DNA from: Corallococcus sp.
GTDB taxonomy: Bacteria; Bacillota; Clostridia; Christensenellales; CAG-314
Assembly: GCA_023665205.1 (NCBI GenBank)
Contig: JAMPEJ010000005.1
Location: forward strand, 10,331 to 74,330
Length of the DNA: 64,000 bases
Direction: 5' to 3'
Made by a program: the position numbers and the translations under genes
In this document: in pieces, positions 45,507 through 55,808 of the stretch
Layout of the letters: the number at the start of each line of letters is the position of its first letter
Numbering within the stretch: position 1 is the first letter of the stretch
Notes under the pieces: generated by a model
The model's database searches: none
What the model saw: only the letters and a program-made list of their open reading frames with translations
What the model was told of the DNA's origin: nothing

Positions 45507-48082
45507 TGTGCAATTTCTTCCATTTGATAGATTTCAAATACGTCGCCGACTTTTATGTCGTTGTAATTTTCGATAGAAATACCGCATTCGTAACCGGAAG
45601 CCACTTCCTTTACGTCGTCCTTGAAGCGCTTGAGAGCCAAAATATTGCCCTCGTAAACCGAAATATCGTTGCGGAAAATACGCACCTTGGAGTTGCGTAA
45701 TACCTTGCCGTTCGTAACATAGCAACCTGCAACCGCGCCGACTCCGGTGATCTTGAACACTTCTCTGACTTCCACCGTGCCGGAAACCGTTTCCTTAAAC
45801 TTGGGCGCAAGCATACCTTTCATTGCGGCGGTAACGTCGTCCACAGCGTCGTAAATGACGTTGTACAAACGAATATCGACGCCCTCGCTTTCCGCCACGC
45901 TCTTAGCGTTGCTATCGGCACGCACGTTGAAACCGATAATGATCGCGTCCGAAGCCTTTGCAAGCATTACGTCCGTTTCGTTGATACCGCCCACGCCTCC
46001 ATGGATAGCGGAAACTTTGACTTCGTCGTTGGAAATCTTTTCCAAACTGCCTTTTAAGGCTTCAAGACTGCCTTGCACGTCGGTTTTGATGATAAGATTG
46101 AGATTCTTTAACTGACCTTCGGAAATTCGACCGAACAAATCGCCCAAATTCATAGAAGGCGTTTGACGCGCGTTTTCCAGTTTTATCTTGTTCTTGCGTT
46201 CCTCTGCGGCTTTCTTTACCAACTTTTCGTCGGCCACGTACATATAATCGCCGGCTTGAGGAACTTCGGAAAAACCGAGTACTTCCACCGGCATAGACGG
46301 ACCGGCAGATTTAACTTTGCGTCCTTTATCGTCGAACATAGCGCGGATCTTTCCGGTAGCGGAACCTGCGATCAGGCTGTCCCCTACCGACAAAGTACCG
46401 TTGGCAACCAAAACGGTCGCGACAGGTCCGCGTCCTTTGTCCAACTTGGCTTCCAGTACCGTACCGCTGGCGCGTTTTTTGGGATTGGCTTTAAGTTCTT
46501 TTATTTCGGTAACGAGCAATACGCTTTCCAAAAGTTTATCCAAGCCCATGCCCGTTTTTGCGGATACGGGAACCATGATAGTATCGCCGCCCCACTCTTC
46601 CGCCAAAAGTTCGTACTCTGTAAGTTGTTGTTTGATTTTGTCCGTATCTACGTTGGGTTTGTCCATCTTGTTTATTGCAACTATGATGGATACGCCCGCG
46701 GCTTTAGCGTGATTTATTGCTTCTACAGTTTGCGGCATCACTCCGTCGTCCGCAGCAACTACGATTATCGCAACGTCAGTGATTTTTGCACCGCGTGCGC
46801 GCATTGCGGTAAACGCCGCGTGACCGGGCGTATCGATAAAGGTTATCGTTTCGCCGTGGGCGGTAACGGTGTATGCGCCGATATGTTGCGTTATGCCGCC
46901 GGCTTCGCCGCCCGTAACGTTGGTTTTGCGGATAGCGTCCAAAATGGAAGTTTTGCCATGGTCGACGTGTCCCATAACCGTTACGACCGGCGGACGTTTC
47001 GTATCGTTCTCCAATCCGTCGTCCTCTTCGGCTCCGGTAATGATTTCCTCCGCGGTCTTATCCATTTTCAGTTCCAACGTAACGTCGTGAAGACTGGCAA
47101 TATATGCCGCGTAATCGAAATCAACCGTGTCGTTTATCGTTTTCATTATTCCTTCCTTAAACAGCTGAGAAATAATTTCCGAAACGGGAACGCCTATTTT
47201 TTCGCTGAGCATTTTGATGGGAACGTCCTGCAAATTGACAACGGCGTTGGTGATTTTTTGTGTAACTATTTTGCTACCTGCGCCGCTCTTTTTTGTGCGC
47301 GCACGACGAACGATCCTGTCCTCGTCGTAATCGGCGGAATAATCGCGCGTAAGCAAATTCTTTTTGCTCTGCAAACGCTTTTCTTCCGGATGTTCCTTAG
47401 TTTTATTTTTGTTGCCGAAGTTCTTTTGAGGTGCGTTCTGAGGAACTTCTACCGGAGCAAACCCGCGTTTTACGCCGCTACGAGCCGGCTGAGCGCCGTT
47501 AGCACTCGTTTGACGACTGACTTGCGGACGGCCCGCACCGCCTTGTGCGCCTTTTCCTGTTTGCTGAGAAGTCCTTTGCGGACGCGAAGAAGAAGCGTTA
47601 GGATCCAAAAAGCGACGGACTTTGACGTTGCCTTTTTCGTCGGTATAAGTCTTGGTTTTGACGCCGTCTTTGTCTACGGTAGTAACTACAGTGGGCGTAA
47701 AAGGTTTGGGTTGCGCCGCTGCGGCAAGCTTCTGTTTTGGCTTCTCCGGCGCGGGCGCAGGAGTTTCCTCCTTCACGCCGTCGGCGACGACCTCCGGTTC
47801 TTGCTCTGCAACAGGTTCGGTTTTCTCGTCTACGGTAGGCAAAACCGCCGACTCGACTTGCTGTTGCTCGGCAACAGAAACGGGCGCTTGCACCGTCTCT
47901 TCTATTTCGACAACTTCCAATGCGGCAAACTCTGCCGCGCGCGAACGTATGCCCGCCGTAAGCGAACTTGCCTTGGATTTTACAGCGGCAAGTTGCTGCT
48001 GCAACTCACGCGCCGCGTCCAAGACGTTTCGCCGGATATTTTTGATATTGTCAAAAGATTTTTGTTTTTCCGTATTAGCCAT
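45503..48082 (-). CDS. infB: Translation initiation factor IF-2
   Basis: [17 protein letters not shown]; GGAGGT SD before ATG 48082. Confidence 0.99.
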   Translation of the reverse strand: MANTEKQKSFDNIKNIRRNVLDAARELQQQLAAVKSKASSLTAGIRSRAAEFAALEVVEIEETVQAPVSVAEQQQVESAVLPTVDEKTEPVAEQEPEVVADGVKEETPAPAPEKPKQKLAAAAQPKPFTPTVVTTVDKDGVKTKTYTDEKGNVKVRRFLDPNASSSRPQRTSQQTGKGAQGGAGRPQVSRQTSANGAQPARSGVKRGFAPVEVPQNAPQKNFGNKNKTKEHPEEKRLQSKKNLLTRDYSADYDEDRIVRRARTKKSGAGSKIVTQKITNAVVNLQDVPIKMLSEKIGVPVSEIISQLFKEGIMKTINDTVDFDYAAYIASLHDVTLELKMDKTAEEIITGAEEDDGLENDTKRPPVVTVMGHVDHGKTSILDAIRKTNVTGGEAGGITQHIGAYTVTAHGETITFIDTPGHAAFTAMRARGAKITDVAIIVVAADDGVMPQTVEAINHAKAAGVSIIVAINKMDKPNVDTDKIKQQLTEYELLAEEWGGDTIMVPVSAKTGMGLDKLLESVLLVTEIKELKANPKKRASGTVLEAKLDKGRGPVATVLVANGTLSVGDSLIAGSATGKIRAMFDDKGRKVKSAGPSMPVEVLGFSEVPQAGDYMYVADEKLVKKAAEERKNKIKLENARQTPSMNLGDLFGRISEGQLKNLNLIIKTDVQGSLEALKGSLEKISNDEVKVSAIHGGVGGINETDVMLAKASDAIIIGFNVRADSNAKSVAESEGVDIRLYNVIYDAVDDVTAAMKGMLAPKFKETVSGTVEVREVFKITGVGAVAGCYVTNGKVLRNSKVRIFRNDISVYEGNILALKRFKDDVKEVASGYECGISIENYNDIKVGDVFEIYQMEEIAQ

Positions 48083-48371
48083 TGTTACCTCCAAATGCCG
48101 CATTACAAATAGCATCTGCCAACTGTTTGTCGCAAATTGCAATAGCCTTGCAATTGTGCGTTTTCAGCGTCCCGTAATCGGGGATACGCCGCAATTTGCA
48201 ACCGATTTTTCGCGCGGCCTCCTCCATTGTTTTCAATGAGTTGACCGACAAAGTTTCCGTTGCCAAAAGCAAATAAATTTTTTTGCGGTAGCGGGTTATC
48301 GAGTCCACTCCGAATACCGCAGAACCTTTTTTTATTGCAAAACCGATGTAAGTTTCAATTTTGTCGTTCAA
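48075..48371 (-). CDS. ylxQ: L7Ae/YlxQ family RNA-binding protein
   Basis: IGFA.K.G..V.G; AI.D..LA.AI; lies between ylxR and infB; TTG start with GGAG SD. Confidence 0.82.
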   Translation of the reverse strand: MNDKIETYIGFAIKKGSAVFGVDSITRYRKKIYLLLATETLSVNSLKTMEEAARKIGCKLRRIPDYGTLKTHNCKAIAICDKQLADAICNAAFGGNNG

Positions 48372-48624
48372 TAGTTTTCTCCAAGCAAGCAACCAATTCT
48401 TCCGTTAAAGCAAAACCGAAGTTTTTGGCAAAACTCTTATTTTTTGCCGCGCGTTCGACACACTGCTTGCACTTGCAAATATACACGCCCCTGCCGTTGA
48501 CCTTGCCGGTTTCGTCCACTGCAACCGTGCCTTCGGGCGTTTTGACGATGCGCACAAGATCGTTTTTCGGCCTCATACTGCGACAGGAAACGCACATTCT
48601 TTCGGGAATTTTGCGTTGTTTCAA
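48355..48624 (-). CDS. ylxR: YlxR (DUF448/RnpM) RNA-binding protein
   Basis: PERMCVSCR...K..L.RIV, D.TGK..GRG.Y.C. Confidence 0.95.
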   Translation of the reverse strand: MKQRKIPERMCVSCRSMRPKNDLVRIVKTPEGTVAVDETGKVNGRGVYICKCKQCVERAAKNKSFAKNFGFALTEELVACLEKTIERQN

Positions 48625-48626
48625 TT

Positions 48627-49706
48627 CTATTCCACCTCGTCGTTATCGAACATACCGCTTGCCATAGCCGCGCTGTAAGACTTGACGTCGATTTTCCAAC
48701 CGGTAAGACGCGCCGCCAAACGGGCGTTCTGCCCCTCCTTGCCGATAGCTAAGGAAAGTTTTTCGTCAGGAACAACGACTTTAGCTTCTTTGGCTTCTTC
48801 ATCCGCCTGCACGATAAGAACCTTGGCGGGAGAAAGCGCGCGGGCAATGTAGTCCAAGACGTCGCTGCTCCAAGGAATGATATCTATTTTTTCGCCGCCG
48901 ATCTCCGAAACGATGGCATTTACGCGCATACCTTTGTTGCCTACGCAAGCGCCCACTGCGTCCACTTCGGGATCGGTAGAATACACCGCCATTTTTGTGC
49001 GGAAACCGGGCTCGCGCACAATGCTTTTTATCTGTACGATGTCGGCACGGATTTCGGGGACCTCGTTTTCAAACAAGCGCTTGATAAATACGTAACTTGC
49101 GCGTGACAAAATGACCTGAGTTCCGCCCACGCTGTCGCGCACGCGTTTGACAAGCACTTTGATACGATCTCCGGGATGATACTTTTCTCCGGGGATCTGT
49201 TCAGACACTGACAAAACGCCTTCGGTACCGCTTTTGCCTACTTCTACGAACACCGTACCGTCGTCCTTTACTCGGGTAACGATACCGACGATAAGTTCGC
49301 TTTCCTTATCGGCGAACTGACTGTAAGTAACGTCCTTTTCCGCCTGATGCAAACTGTTCATGATAACCTGACGGGCATTTTGCGCGGCGATACGGCCGAA
49401 AGTGCGCGGGTCGATTTCGGTAAGAACTTCGTCGCCGAGTTTATACGACTTTTTGATTTCGCGCGCGTCGGTCAAGGCAATTTCCTTTTCCGGTATTTCC
49501 ACTTCTTCCACAACAGTTTTGCTGATGTATGCGCGGATAGTAAATTTGTCCGGATTGGTTTTGACCACCACGTTGGAGGCTTCGCCGAAGTTCTTTTTGC
49601 AAGCGATAGCAAGCGCCGTTTCCAACGACTCTATCACCTTTTCCTTGGCTATGCCCTTTTCTCTTTCCAGTTCGTCCAAAGCGAGAAAAAACTCTTTGCT
49701 TGTCAT
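48627..49706 (-). CDS. nusA: Transcription termination/antitermination factor NusA
   Basis: [48 protein letters not shown]. Confidence 0.99.
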   Translation of the reverse strand: MTSKEFFLALDELEREKGIAKEKVIESLETALAIACKKNFGEASNVVVKTNPDKFTIRAYISKTVVEEVEIPEKEIALTDAREIKKSYKLGDEVLTEIDPRTFGRIAAQNARQVIMNSLHQAEKDVTYSQFADKESELIVGIVTRVKDDGTVFVEVGKSGTEGVLSVSEQIPGEKYHPGDRIKVLVKRVRDSVGGTQVILSRASYVFIKRLFENEVPEIRADIVQIKSIVREPGFRTKMAVYSTDPEVDAVGACVGNKGMRVNAIVSEIGGEKIDIIPWSSDVLDYIARALSPAKVLIVQADEEAKEAKVVVPDEKLSLAIGKEGQNARLAARLTGWKIDVKSYSAAMASGMFDNDEVE

Positions 49707-49942
49707 TGTCGTTTCCTCCTGATATTCGTTTAGAGAGTTTCAAAAAAGTCTTGAACCTCTGCGGTTAGGTTTGCGGCTGAAAACCGCTCGTAATGTTTTT
49801 GCAACAGACGGCACGCATAAACCTTTGCCCGTACTTATCCGATTGCAAAACGGTATTTTTAATCTTTGTTCAAGCGCAACGTTTTGTCAAAGACGCTGCA
49901 AACTTTTGCCGAAGCAACACGCGCATACAAACGCTATGCAAA

Positions 49943-50398
49943 CTAAAACTCGATTATCGGCAACACCTGTGCGGTTTCCTTTTTGACAAACGTTATCTCG
50001 GTTTTGCCTACGTCGATCGCAAACGTCTCGTCGTCATACTTCGTCAACACGCCGTCAAAAGTCTTTTTGCCGTCCATAGGCTTGTAAAGTTTGACCTTTA
50101 TTTTTTTACCCAAGTTGCGTTTATAATCCCAATCCAATTTCAGAGGACGATCCAGCCCGGGCGACGACACGTTGAGAGTGTAGGCCGTATCTATCGGATC
50201 CAGTTCGTCCAAAGGAGCGTCTATCGCTCGGTGCAAAGCTTCGCAATCGTTGATCGTAACTCCGCCTTCTTTGTCGATAATAACGGTCAAATTCATTCCG
50301 TCAAACTTTTTGGCATACTCCACTTCCAACACCGTCAAACCAAGTTGAGCGGCAATCGGTTCTATAAGCCGCAAGACGCTTTCGGATACTTTCCCCAC
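49943..50398 (-). CDS. rimP: Ribosome maturation factor RimP
   Basis: IDK.GG...DC, LD..DPI...Y.L.VSSPGLDRPL; GTG start with GGAGGT SD. Confidence 0.96.
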   Translation of the reverse strand: MGKVSESVLRLIEPIAAQLGLTVLEVEYAKKFDGMNLTVIIDKEGGVTINDCEALHRAIDAPLDELDPIDTAYTLNVSSPGLDRPLKLDWDYKRNLGKKIKVKLYKPMDGKKTFDGVLTKYDDETFAIDVGKTEITFVKKETAQVLPIIEF

Positions 50399-50419
50399 TG
50401 CAACCTCCGTTACATTAAA

Positions 50420-50448
50420 GTGAGAGCAGAGAAATCCCCCGCTCTCAC
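50420..50448 (-). promoter_or_regulatory. rimP leader hairpin (attenuator-like)
   Basis: GUGAGAGCGGGG-AUUU-CUCUGCUCUCAC followed by UUU in the rimP 5' UTR. Confidence 0.65.
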
Positions 50449-50539
50449 CGTAGTATAAACTAATTAAACTAGGCGAAAAAGTTGCCGCTGTGCCGCGATT
50501 GATATACGCGAAGATACGCACGCAACTCTGTGTAATGTG

Positions 50540-50568
50540 ATTATATCACAATACGGCGACGTTGACAA
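50540..50568 (-). promoter_or_regulatory. sigma-A promoter of the rimP-nusA-infB operon
   Basis: TTGTCA-N17-TATAAT with TGn. Confidence 0.75.
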
Positions 50569-50586
50569 CACTTTTTGCAAAAAAAT

Positions 50587-52233
50587 TTACTTTGCGCGCT
50601 CGGACAAAACGTCAATACATTCGGCAACGGCAGACGCTATCTCGACGCTTGCGTTAGACGTTTTGTAGGAAACTTTGCAAACCCGAGCAACGTCTTCCAA
50701 CTTGGCGCAATTGGGTTTTTGCGCAAAATCGCTGTGATCGAACAACTGCGACAAAATTTCGTTCTGATTTGCAATTTCGTTGTTAAAGTTGAAACCCAAC
50801 GGCGCGCCGTAGTAGTTGAACAAAGCCAAAAGCGGCGGCAAATCGGCGCCGATCAAAGTCGCTCCGTGTAAAAACTTATATAAGTCCGGAATAATCTCCG
50901 TAAGCGTAGGACAAAGTGCCAAATCGCGAACGTCGACTTTTGCCGCGGCTAGTTGCTGCTGTGTAAGGGGAAGCTCCGGTTCTACGTTGGTAAAGAATTT
51001 TTCCGAAGCGTGTCCGCCCGTGATTTTTACGGCGCAAAGGGAGTAGACTTTATCTTTAGTAACGGAAAAGCCCGTTGTGTTTGCGTACAGCACTGCGTAA
51101 GTTTTACCGGACAACACGGAATCCACCGATTTTTGCGTTTGGGTAAAATCCATTTGACGGTAGCGACGAACAGGTACCGGCTGTATCAACACGTACTGAT
51201 CGGGCACGCCGCGCTCAAACGTAGGTTGTGTTGAAATAGGCATGATACGACACTTGGAAATATCGTACACCTGCAATTCCAAACTTTCGGAAAAATTGCT
51301 GTACACCGCCTTGCCGCGCGCCACGACCTCCAAGCCGTTGGCAAGAAACATATACTTTTTCAGTTTGTTTTCATTTGCGACTGCGCGCTTTTTGGACAGC
51401 GTATGCACTTCGGAATCCGGCTTGTCGCTTTCGCGGCGCAAAATTTCAAAGTCCTGCGTCTGCAAGCGTATAAAAGTTACGCAAGGCATAGTCGCTCCGC
51501 TGTCATCCGTCAGGCTGAATTTACAAATTTTAAGATTAGGGTTGCTTTTTACGTCGCGAATGGTTTTGCCGGATATTCTTCCGCAAACGACGCACGTATC
51601 CATGGGTTTACGAACGTCGCAAATATACATAGGCTTGGTCAAAACTTCCTTGCCTATGTATTTTTCCAAATCCGCAACGTCAAAATAACGGCGAGGCTTT
51701 AGCATTTCCTTATTTATGGCAAGCTGCACCAATCGCTCCTGTTGTTCTTTCAGGTTGGATGCCGGTTGAAAATCCGGATCGACGCACACTGCAAATTGCA
51801 CGGCAAAACTTGTGTAATCGGCAAAAAACCGCGTCAGCTCGTCCAAAAACCCGTCCGCCTCCATATTCCGCTTGACTGTCGGAGACACGCGAAACAATAC
51901 GGAAAATCCTTCGTCCGAAACCTCTACGGAGACGTTATCCGGTTTGAGATTGGCAAAAAGCGGATAACGTTTTTTCAGCACGTCCAAAACCGACGCACGT
52001 AGACTTACAGGATTAAACTTATCGTTGACAAGCATGATTTCGTATCTGTAACCGGTAGGAATCGTTGCGGCAACAGCCTCTCGAATAGCGTTTTGGGTAG
52101 GCTTGTCCACGCGGTCGAAATCGGGATAAGATACAGTACATGTAACCTTTTTGGCAATTTTGTCCACTTTTATGTCCCTTACGCGTAACGCCTGCATATC
52201 AGGGAATTTTTGCAAAAGACGGTCTATTATCAT
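50587..52233 (-). CDS. PolC-derived protein: N-terminal domain, OB fold and inactive DEDDh exonuclease; no PHP or polymerase domain
   Basis: OB motifs IGK.V...P..I.D, F.LTDD.G, G..V.ARG; exonuclease fold TYAVLYANTTGFS..D......AVKI..G; located at the polC position; ATGA-coupled to ispG. Confidence 0.75.
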   Translation of the reverse strand: MIIDRLLQKFPDMQALRVRDIKVDKIAKKVTCTVSYPDFDRVDKPTQNAIREAVAATIPTGYRYEIMLVNDKFNPVSLRASVLDVLKKRYPLFANLKPDNVSVEVSDEGFSVLFRVSPTVKRNMEADGFLDELTRFFADYTSFAVQFAVCVDPDFQPASNLKEQQERLVQLAINKEMLKPRRYFDVADLEKYIGKEVLTKPMYICDVRKPMDTCVVCGRISGKTIRDVKSNPNLKICKFSLTDDSGATMPCVTFIRLQTQDFEILRRESDKPDSEVHTLSKKRAVANENKLKKYMFLANGLEVVARGKAVYSNFSESLELQVYDISKCRIMPISTQPTFERGVPDQYVLIQPVPVRRYRQMDFTQTQKSVDSVLSGKTYAVLYANTTGFSVTKDKVYSLCAVKITGGHASEKFFTNVEPELPLTQQQLAAAKVDVRDLALCPTLTEIIPDLYKFLHGATLIGADLPPLLALFNYYGAPLGFNFNNEIANQNEILSQLFDHSDFAQKPNCAKLEDVARVCKVSYKTSNASVEIASAVAECIDVLSERAK

Positions 52234-53279
52234 TTAAGTGCACCGAGGAGCATATCTATCTCCTTTTTGAAAATCTGTACGCCGTCGGACGCGTCGACCG
52301 TTTTGTATCGCGCGCCTTTTTTGAAAAACACAAACTTGCCGCCCATGCCTGCCAAGCCCAAGTCTGCATCGGCGCACTCTCCCGGTCCGTTGACTTCACA
52401 GCCCATAACCGCAATTTTTACCGGTTTATCTATATCCTTTACGTAGTCGTAAATTTCGGCGGCAACGGCTTCCAAATCGATACTGCAACGGCCGCACTTA
52501 GGGCAGGAAACAAATTCTACGCCTTGTTTCAGCCCCACAAAACGCAAAATTTCTTTGGCGGCAATCACCTCGTCTACGGGGTTTCCCGTTAGCGACACGC
52601 GGATAGTATCCCCAATGCCGTCGAGCAGCAAACTACCTATTCCTATAGCGTTTTTTATTACGCCCTGAGGAGCAGGACCGGCTTCCGTCACGCCCAAGTG
52701 TATCGGATAGGAAAATCTGTCGAAAATCATGCGGTTGAGTTTGACGGTTTCCTTAACGTCGCTGCTTTTTGCCGAGAGAACGATACTGTAAAAACCGCGC
52801 CGTTCGAACAGCGAAATAAATTCACCTAGACTTTCCACAAGAGCCTGCGCTTTGTCGCCGCCGCAACGCGCAAGCCAATCACGGTTTACCGAGCCGCCGT
52901 TGACGCCCAAGCGCACCAGGGCGTTATGCGACTTAGCGCAATCGATAACTCTGTCCAGTTGCGTTTGCGGCACGTTGCCCGGATTTAAGCGTATCTTGTC
53001 GCAGCCCGCCTCTATTGCCGCAACGGCAAGGCGCGCGTCAAAATGTATATCGGCGACAAGAGGCAGCGTCGGAAACATTTGACGAACCTTTGCAAAAGAT
53101 AAAACGTGCTGCAAATTGGGCACGGCAATACGAACGATATCGCACCCGCTTAAAATAAGCGAGCGGATTTGTTCCGCAGTACCGTCAACGTCCGTCACGG
53201 GCAAATTCGTCATAGATTGCACCGTAATGCGTCCGTCTCCGAATATCAAGTTGTTGTTGCCTTCTATAAGTTTTTTCAT
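52230..53279 (-). CDS. ispG: HMBPP synthase IspG
   Basis: VQSMTN, ADIHF, R.NPGN, HLGVTEAG, GIGDTIRVSLT, CPKCGR, MGC.VNGPGE. Confidence 0.98.
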   Translation of the reverse strand: MKKLIEGNNNLIFGDGRITVQSMTNLPVTDVDGTAEQIRSLILSGCDIVRIAVPNLQHVLSFAKVRQMFPTLPLVADIHFDARLAVAAIEAGCDKIRLNPGNVPQTQLDRVIDCAKSHNALVRLGVNGGSVNRDWLARCGGDKAQALVESLGEFISLFERRGFYSIVLSAKSSDVKETVKLNRMIFDRFSYPIHLGVTEAGPAPQGVIKNAIGIGSLLLDGIGDTIRVSLTGNPVDEVIAAKEILRFVGLKQGVEFVSCPKCGRCSIDLEAVAAEIYDYVKDIDKPVKIAVMGCEVNGPGECADADLGLAGMGGKFVFFKKGARYKTVDASDGVQIFKKEIDMLLGALK

Positions 53280-53436
53280 TTCAGTATTTGAACAAAAGTA
53301 AAAGTTTCTTTTGAGGATGTAGAAACGAGCAAGACTAATCAGGCGCGGATTTTACGACAAGAGCGTCCTTGTGCGTACACGACTGATCGAAAACGTAAGC
53401 CAAAAAAGTATTGCAAAGTTTATACGACCACAAAAG

Positions 53437-54708
53437 TTAAAGTTTCAGTAGGTCCACAAGTATTACAAATCCTAATAAAAGCACCAATCCGACGCCGTTT
53501 ATCCACGCCTGAACCTTGCGGTTGACAGGTTTACGCGCTATCCACTCGATAAGGACGAAAATCATTTGGCAACCGTCCAATGCCGGCACAGGCAGCAAAT
53601 TGAACACGGCCAAGTTTACGGAAATAAGGACGATCAGAGACAAAACGCTTGCAAAACCGTAGGATACGACTTGACTTGTCATTGAAATCGTCGTGATAGG
53701 ACCGCCGATATCGCCCAAGCCTACCGCTCCCGTAAACAATCCGCCCAACGTGCGTAAAACCAGCATAGCAACTTCTCCGCAATACGGGAATACGCGTCCG
53801 AGCGCCGTACCGAAAGCGAATTTGTGCGTTTTGTAACTTTGCGACATACCGATACCGGTGTAACTGCTTTCCCCTACTTCCAATCCGGCAAGCAAAGTCG
53901 CTTTGGAAACTTGATACTCGTGTTCTCCGTCAGAGGCGGTAACAAGCAACGCTACCGTCCCGTCGGGAATTTCGTTCAGTAATTTTTTGTATTGTCCTTC
54001 TTCAAAGAGCGTTTGTCCGTTAAGTTTATATATCGTATCGTTTTCCGCAAGAATACGTCCATCTTCGTTTCTGATTTCGAAATATACGTTTTTTACAAAA
54101 GGCGTAGTAAACTTTTGCCTAACGACGTTTTTTAACGTCACTTCCTTGCCGTCGCGCAGCACGGTTATTTCCATATTGTCGCTCATGTATCTGCCGATAC
54201 TGTCCAATACGAAAACTTTTTTACCGTTGATTTTGTAAATTATGTCGCCCTCTTGAAGTACTTGATTCTGCGCGGGCGCGTAGTCGTAAACTTTATTTAC
54301 GACGGCAACCGTTTCTCCGTAGGCGCCGAATAATATCATGCAAATTACGATTGCGGAAATAAAATTGAACAATGCTCCGCTAAACAGGACTATAAGACGT
54401 TTCCAAGGTTTTTGACTGTTGAATGCTTCAGGAGACGGGTTTTCTTCGTTTTCTCCCTCAAACGCGCAAAAACCTCCCAGCGGCAAAGCGCGCAAGGAAA
54501 ATTTTTCACCGTTCTTTTTCGTTTTGGTAAAGAGTTTAGGCCCCATACCTATGGAAAACTCGTTGATTTTGAATTTTAACAGTTTACCTGCGGCGTAGTG
54601 TCCGGTTTCGTGGATCATTACCATAAACATCAAAATAACAAACGCCAAAAAAACGTGCCAAATTGTGGTAAATACCGACGATACCGATGCAAAAAGTAAT
54701 ACAGTCAT
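53437..54708 (-). CDS. rseP: RIP metalloprotease RseP/RasP (M50, PDZ)
   Basis: HETGH, FSIGMGP, LPLGGF, NLLPVPALDG; start ATG 54708. Confidence 0.95.
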   Translation of the reverse strand: MTVLLFASVSSVFTTIWHVFLAFVILMFMVMIHETGHYAAGKLLKFKINEFSIGMGPKLFTKTKKNGEKFSLRALPLGGFCAFEGENEENPSPEAFNSQKPWKRLIVLFSGALFNFISAIVICMILFGAYGETVAVVNKVYDYAPAQNQVLQEGDIIYKINGKKVFVLDSIGRYMSDNMEITVLRDGKEVTLKNVVRQKFTTPFVKNVYFEIRNEDGRILAENDTIYKLNGQTLFEEGQYKKLLNEIPDGTVALLVTASDGEHEYQVSKATLLAGLEVGESSYTGIGMSQSYKTHKFAFGTALGRVFPYCGEVAMLVLRTLGGLFTGAVGLGDIGGPITTISMTSQVVSYGFASVLSLIVLISVNLAVFNLLPVPALDGCQMIFVLIEWIARKPVNRKVQAWINGVGLVLLLGFVILVDLLKL

Positions 54709-55796
54709 AGCGCCTCTATATATTGCCGCGCAAAGTCGCGTGCTTTTTCGTCCCACGTGCGGATATTCTCAGTCGAAATCGGAACGTCCTCGGATTCCCT
54801 GCAAAAAACGTCCACAACGGACTTGATAGTGTCGTAAAACTTTGTAAAAGGCAATTTGCCCTCCAAAAAGTATTGTACGCACGCGTCGTTTGCCGCATTC
54901 ATAATTGTAGCGCACAAAGGCGGATATTGCAAAATTTCGCGTCCTAATTTGGCGCAGGGAAACTTTTCGTAATCCGGTTTTTCAAAAGTGAGCGCCGGCA
55001 TATCCGCAAAATCCAATTTTTGCACGCAAGAATAGCCTTCTCCCAACAAAGCGAGACTTATGGGTAACTTCATATCAGGCACGGCAAGTTGAGCCGTTAC
55101 GCTGCCGCTTTGCCACTGCACCAACGAGTGCACTATACTTTGCCTGTGTACGGAAATTTCTATTTTGTCGGCGGGAACCCCGAATAGCCAATGCGCCTCG
55201 ACCACCTCCAAGGCCTTGTTCATCATTGTTGCGCTGTCCACCGTGATTTTTTGTCCCATAGACCAATTGGGATGTTTCAAAGCCTGTTGCGGCGTAACGA
55301 AACCAAGGTCTTTCGCGTCAATATCCCAAAACGGTCCGCCGCTAGCAGTCAAAATAAGTTTATCGGGGCGAAGCGTAGGGTTGACGCGAAGACACTGCCA
55401 CAAAGCGCTGTGTTCGCTGTCTACCGGTACGATTTGACCTTCGGCGGCCTTTTGCATAACAATACTGCCGGCGCACACCAACACTTCTTTGTTGGCAAGC
55501 GCCACACGAATGCCGTTTTCCAAACAGTACAGCACTGCGTCAAGCGCCGCTATTCCGCGCGTGGCAATAAGGGCGACGTCGCAGTTTTCCACCGCTTTTA
55601 CAAGGCACTTCTCCCCTTGCTTTGAAATAAGCGCGGCATAGTCCGGGCGAAATTCCGCAGACTGTAACGCAAGTTTTTCCGCATTAGAAAAAGCGACAAG
55701 CGAACAAACTTTCAGCCTGTCGGGGTATTTCCGTATAACGTCCAATGCCTGAGTACCGATTGAACCGGTACTGCCCAAAACCGCCACCTTTTTCAT
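54705..55796 (-). CDS. dxr: 1-deoxy-D-xylulose 5-phosphate reductoisomerase
   Basis: LGSTGSIG, LANKE, PVDSEH, TASGGPF, HPNWSMG.KITVDSATMMNK.LE. Confidence 0.98.
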   Translation of the reverse strand: MKKVAVLGSTGSIGTQALDVIRKYPDRLKVCSLVAFSNAEKLALQSAEFRPDYAALISKQGEKCLVKAVENCDVALIATRGIAALDAVLYCLENGIRVALANKEVLVCAGSIVMQKAAEGQIVPVDSEHSALWQCLRVNPTLRPDKLILTASGGPFWDIDAKDLGFVTPQQALKHPNWSMGQKITVDSATMMNKALEVVEAHWLFGVPADKIEISVHRQSIVHSLVQWQSGSVTAQLAVPDMKLPISLALLGEGYSCVQKLDFADMPALTFEKPDYEKFPCAKLGREILQYPPLCATIMNAANDACVQYFLEGKLPFTKFYDTIKSVVDVFCRESEDVPISTENIRTWDEKARDFARQYIEAL

Positions 55797-55808
55797 CTAA
55801 AAACCTGC

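Noticed and set aside
46163-48112. 649-aa plus-strand ORF (also 4815-6083, 7127-8470, 60219-61199 and 24481-25323)
   Set aside because: These are antisense shadows of infB, pnp, ispH-rpsA, rpsB and spoIVB, explained by codon bias; they show no recognisable motifs
48075-48371. L7Ae-family gene as the OLE partner OapC
   Set aside because: Its position between ylxR and infB identifies it as YlxQ; OapC corresponds to the YbxF paralog, normally encoded near rpsL
53320-53405. Possible degenerate clostridial intergenic repeat between rseP and ispG (similar impression at 24255-24350 and 30925-30990)
   Set aside because: The copies cannot be aligned convincingly by eye and share only short words
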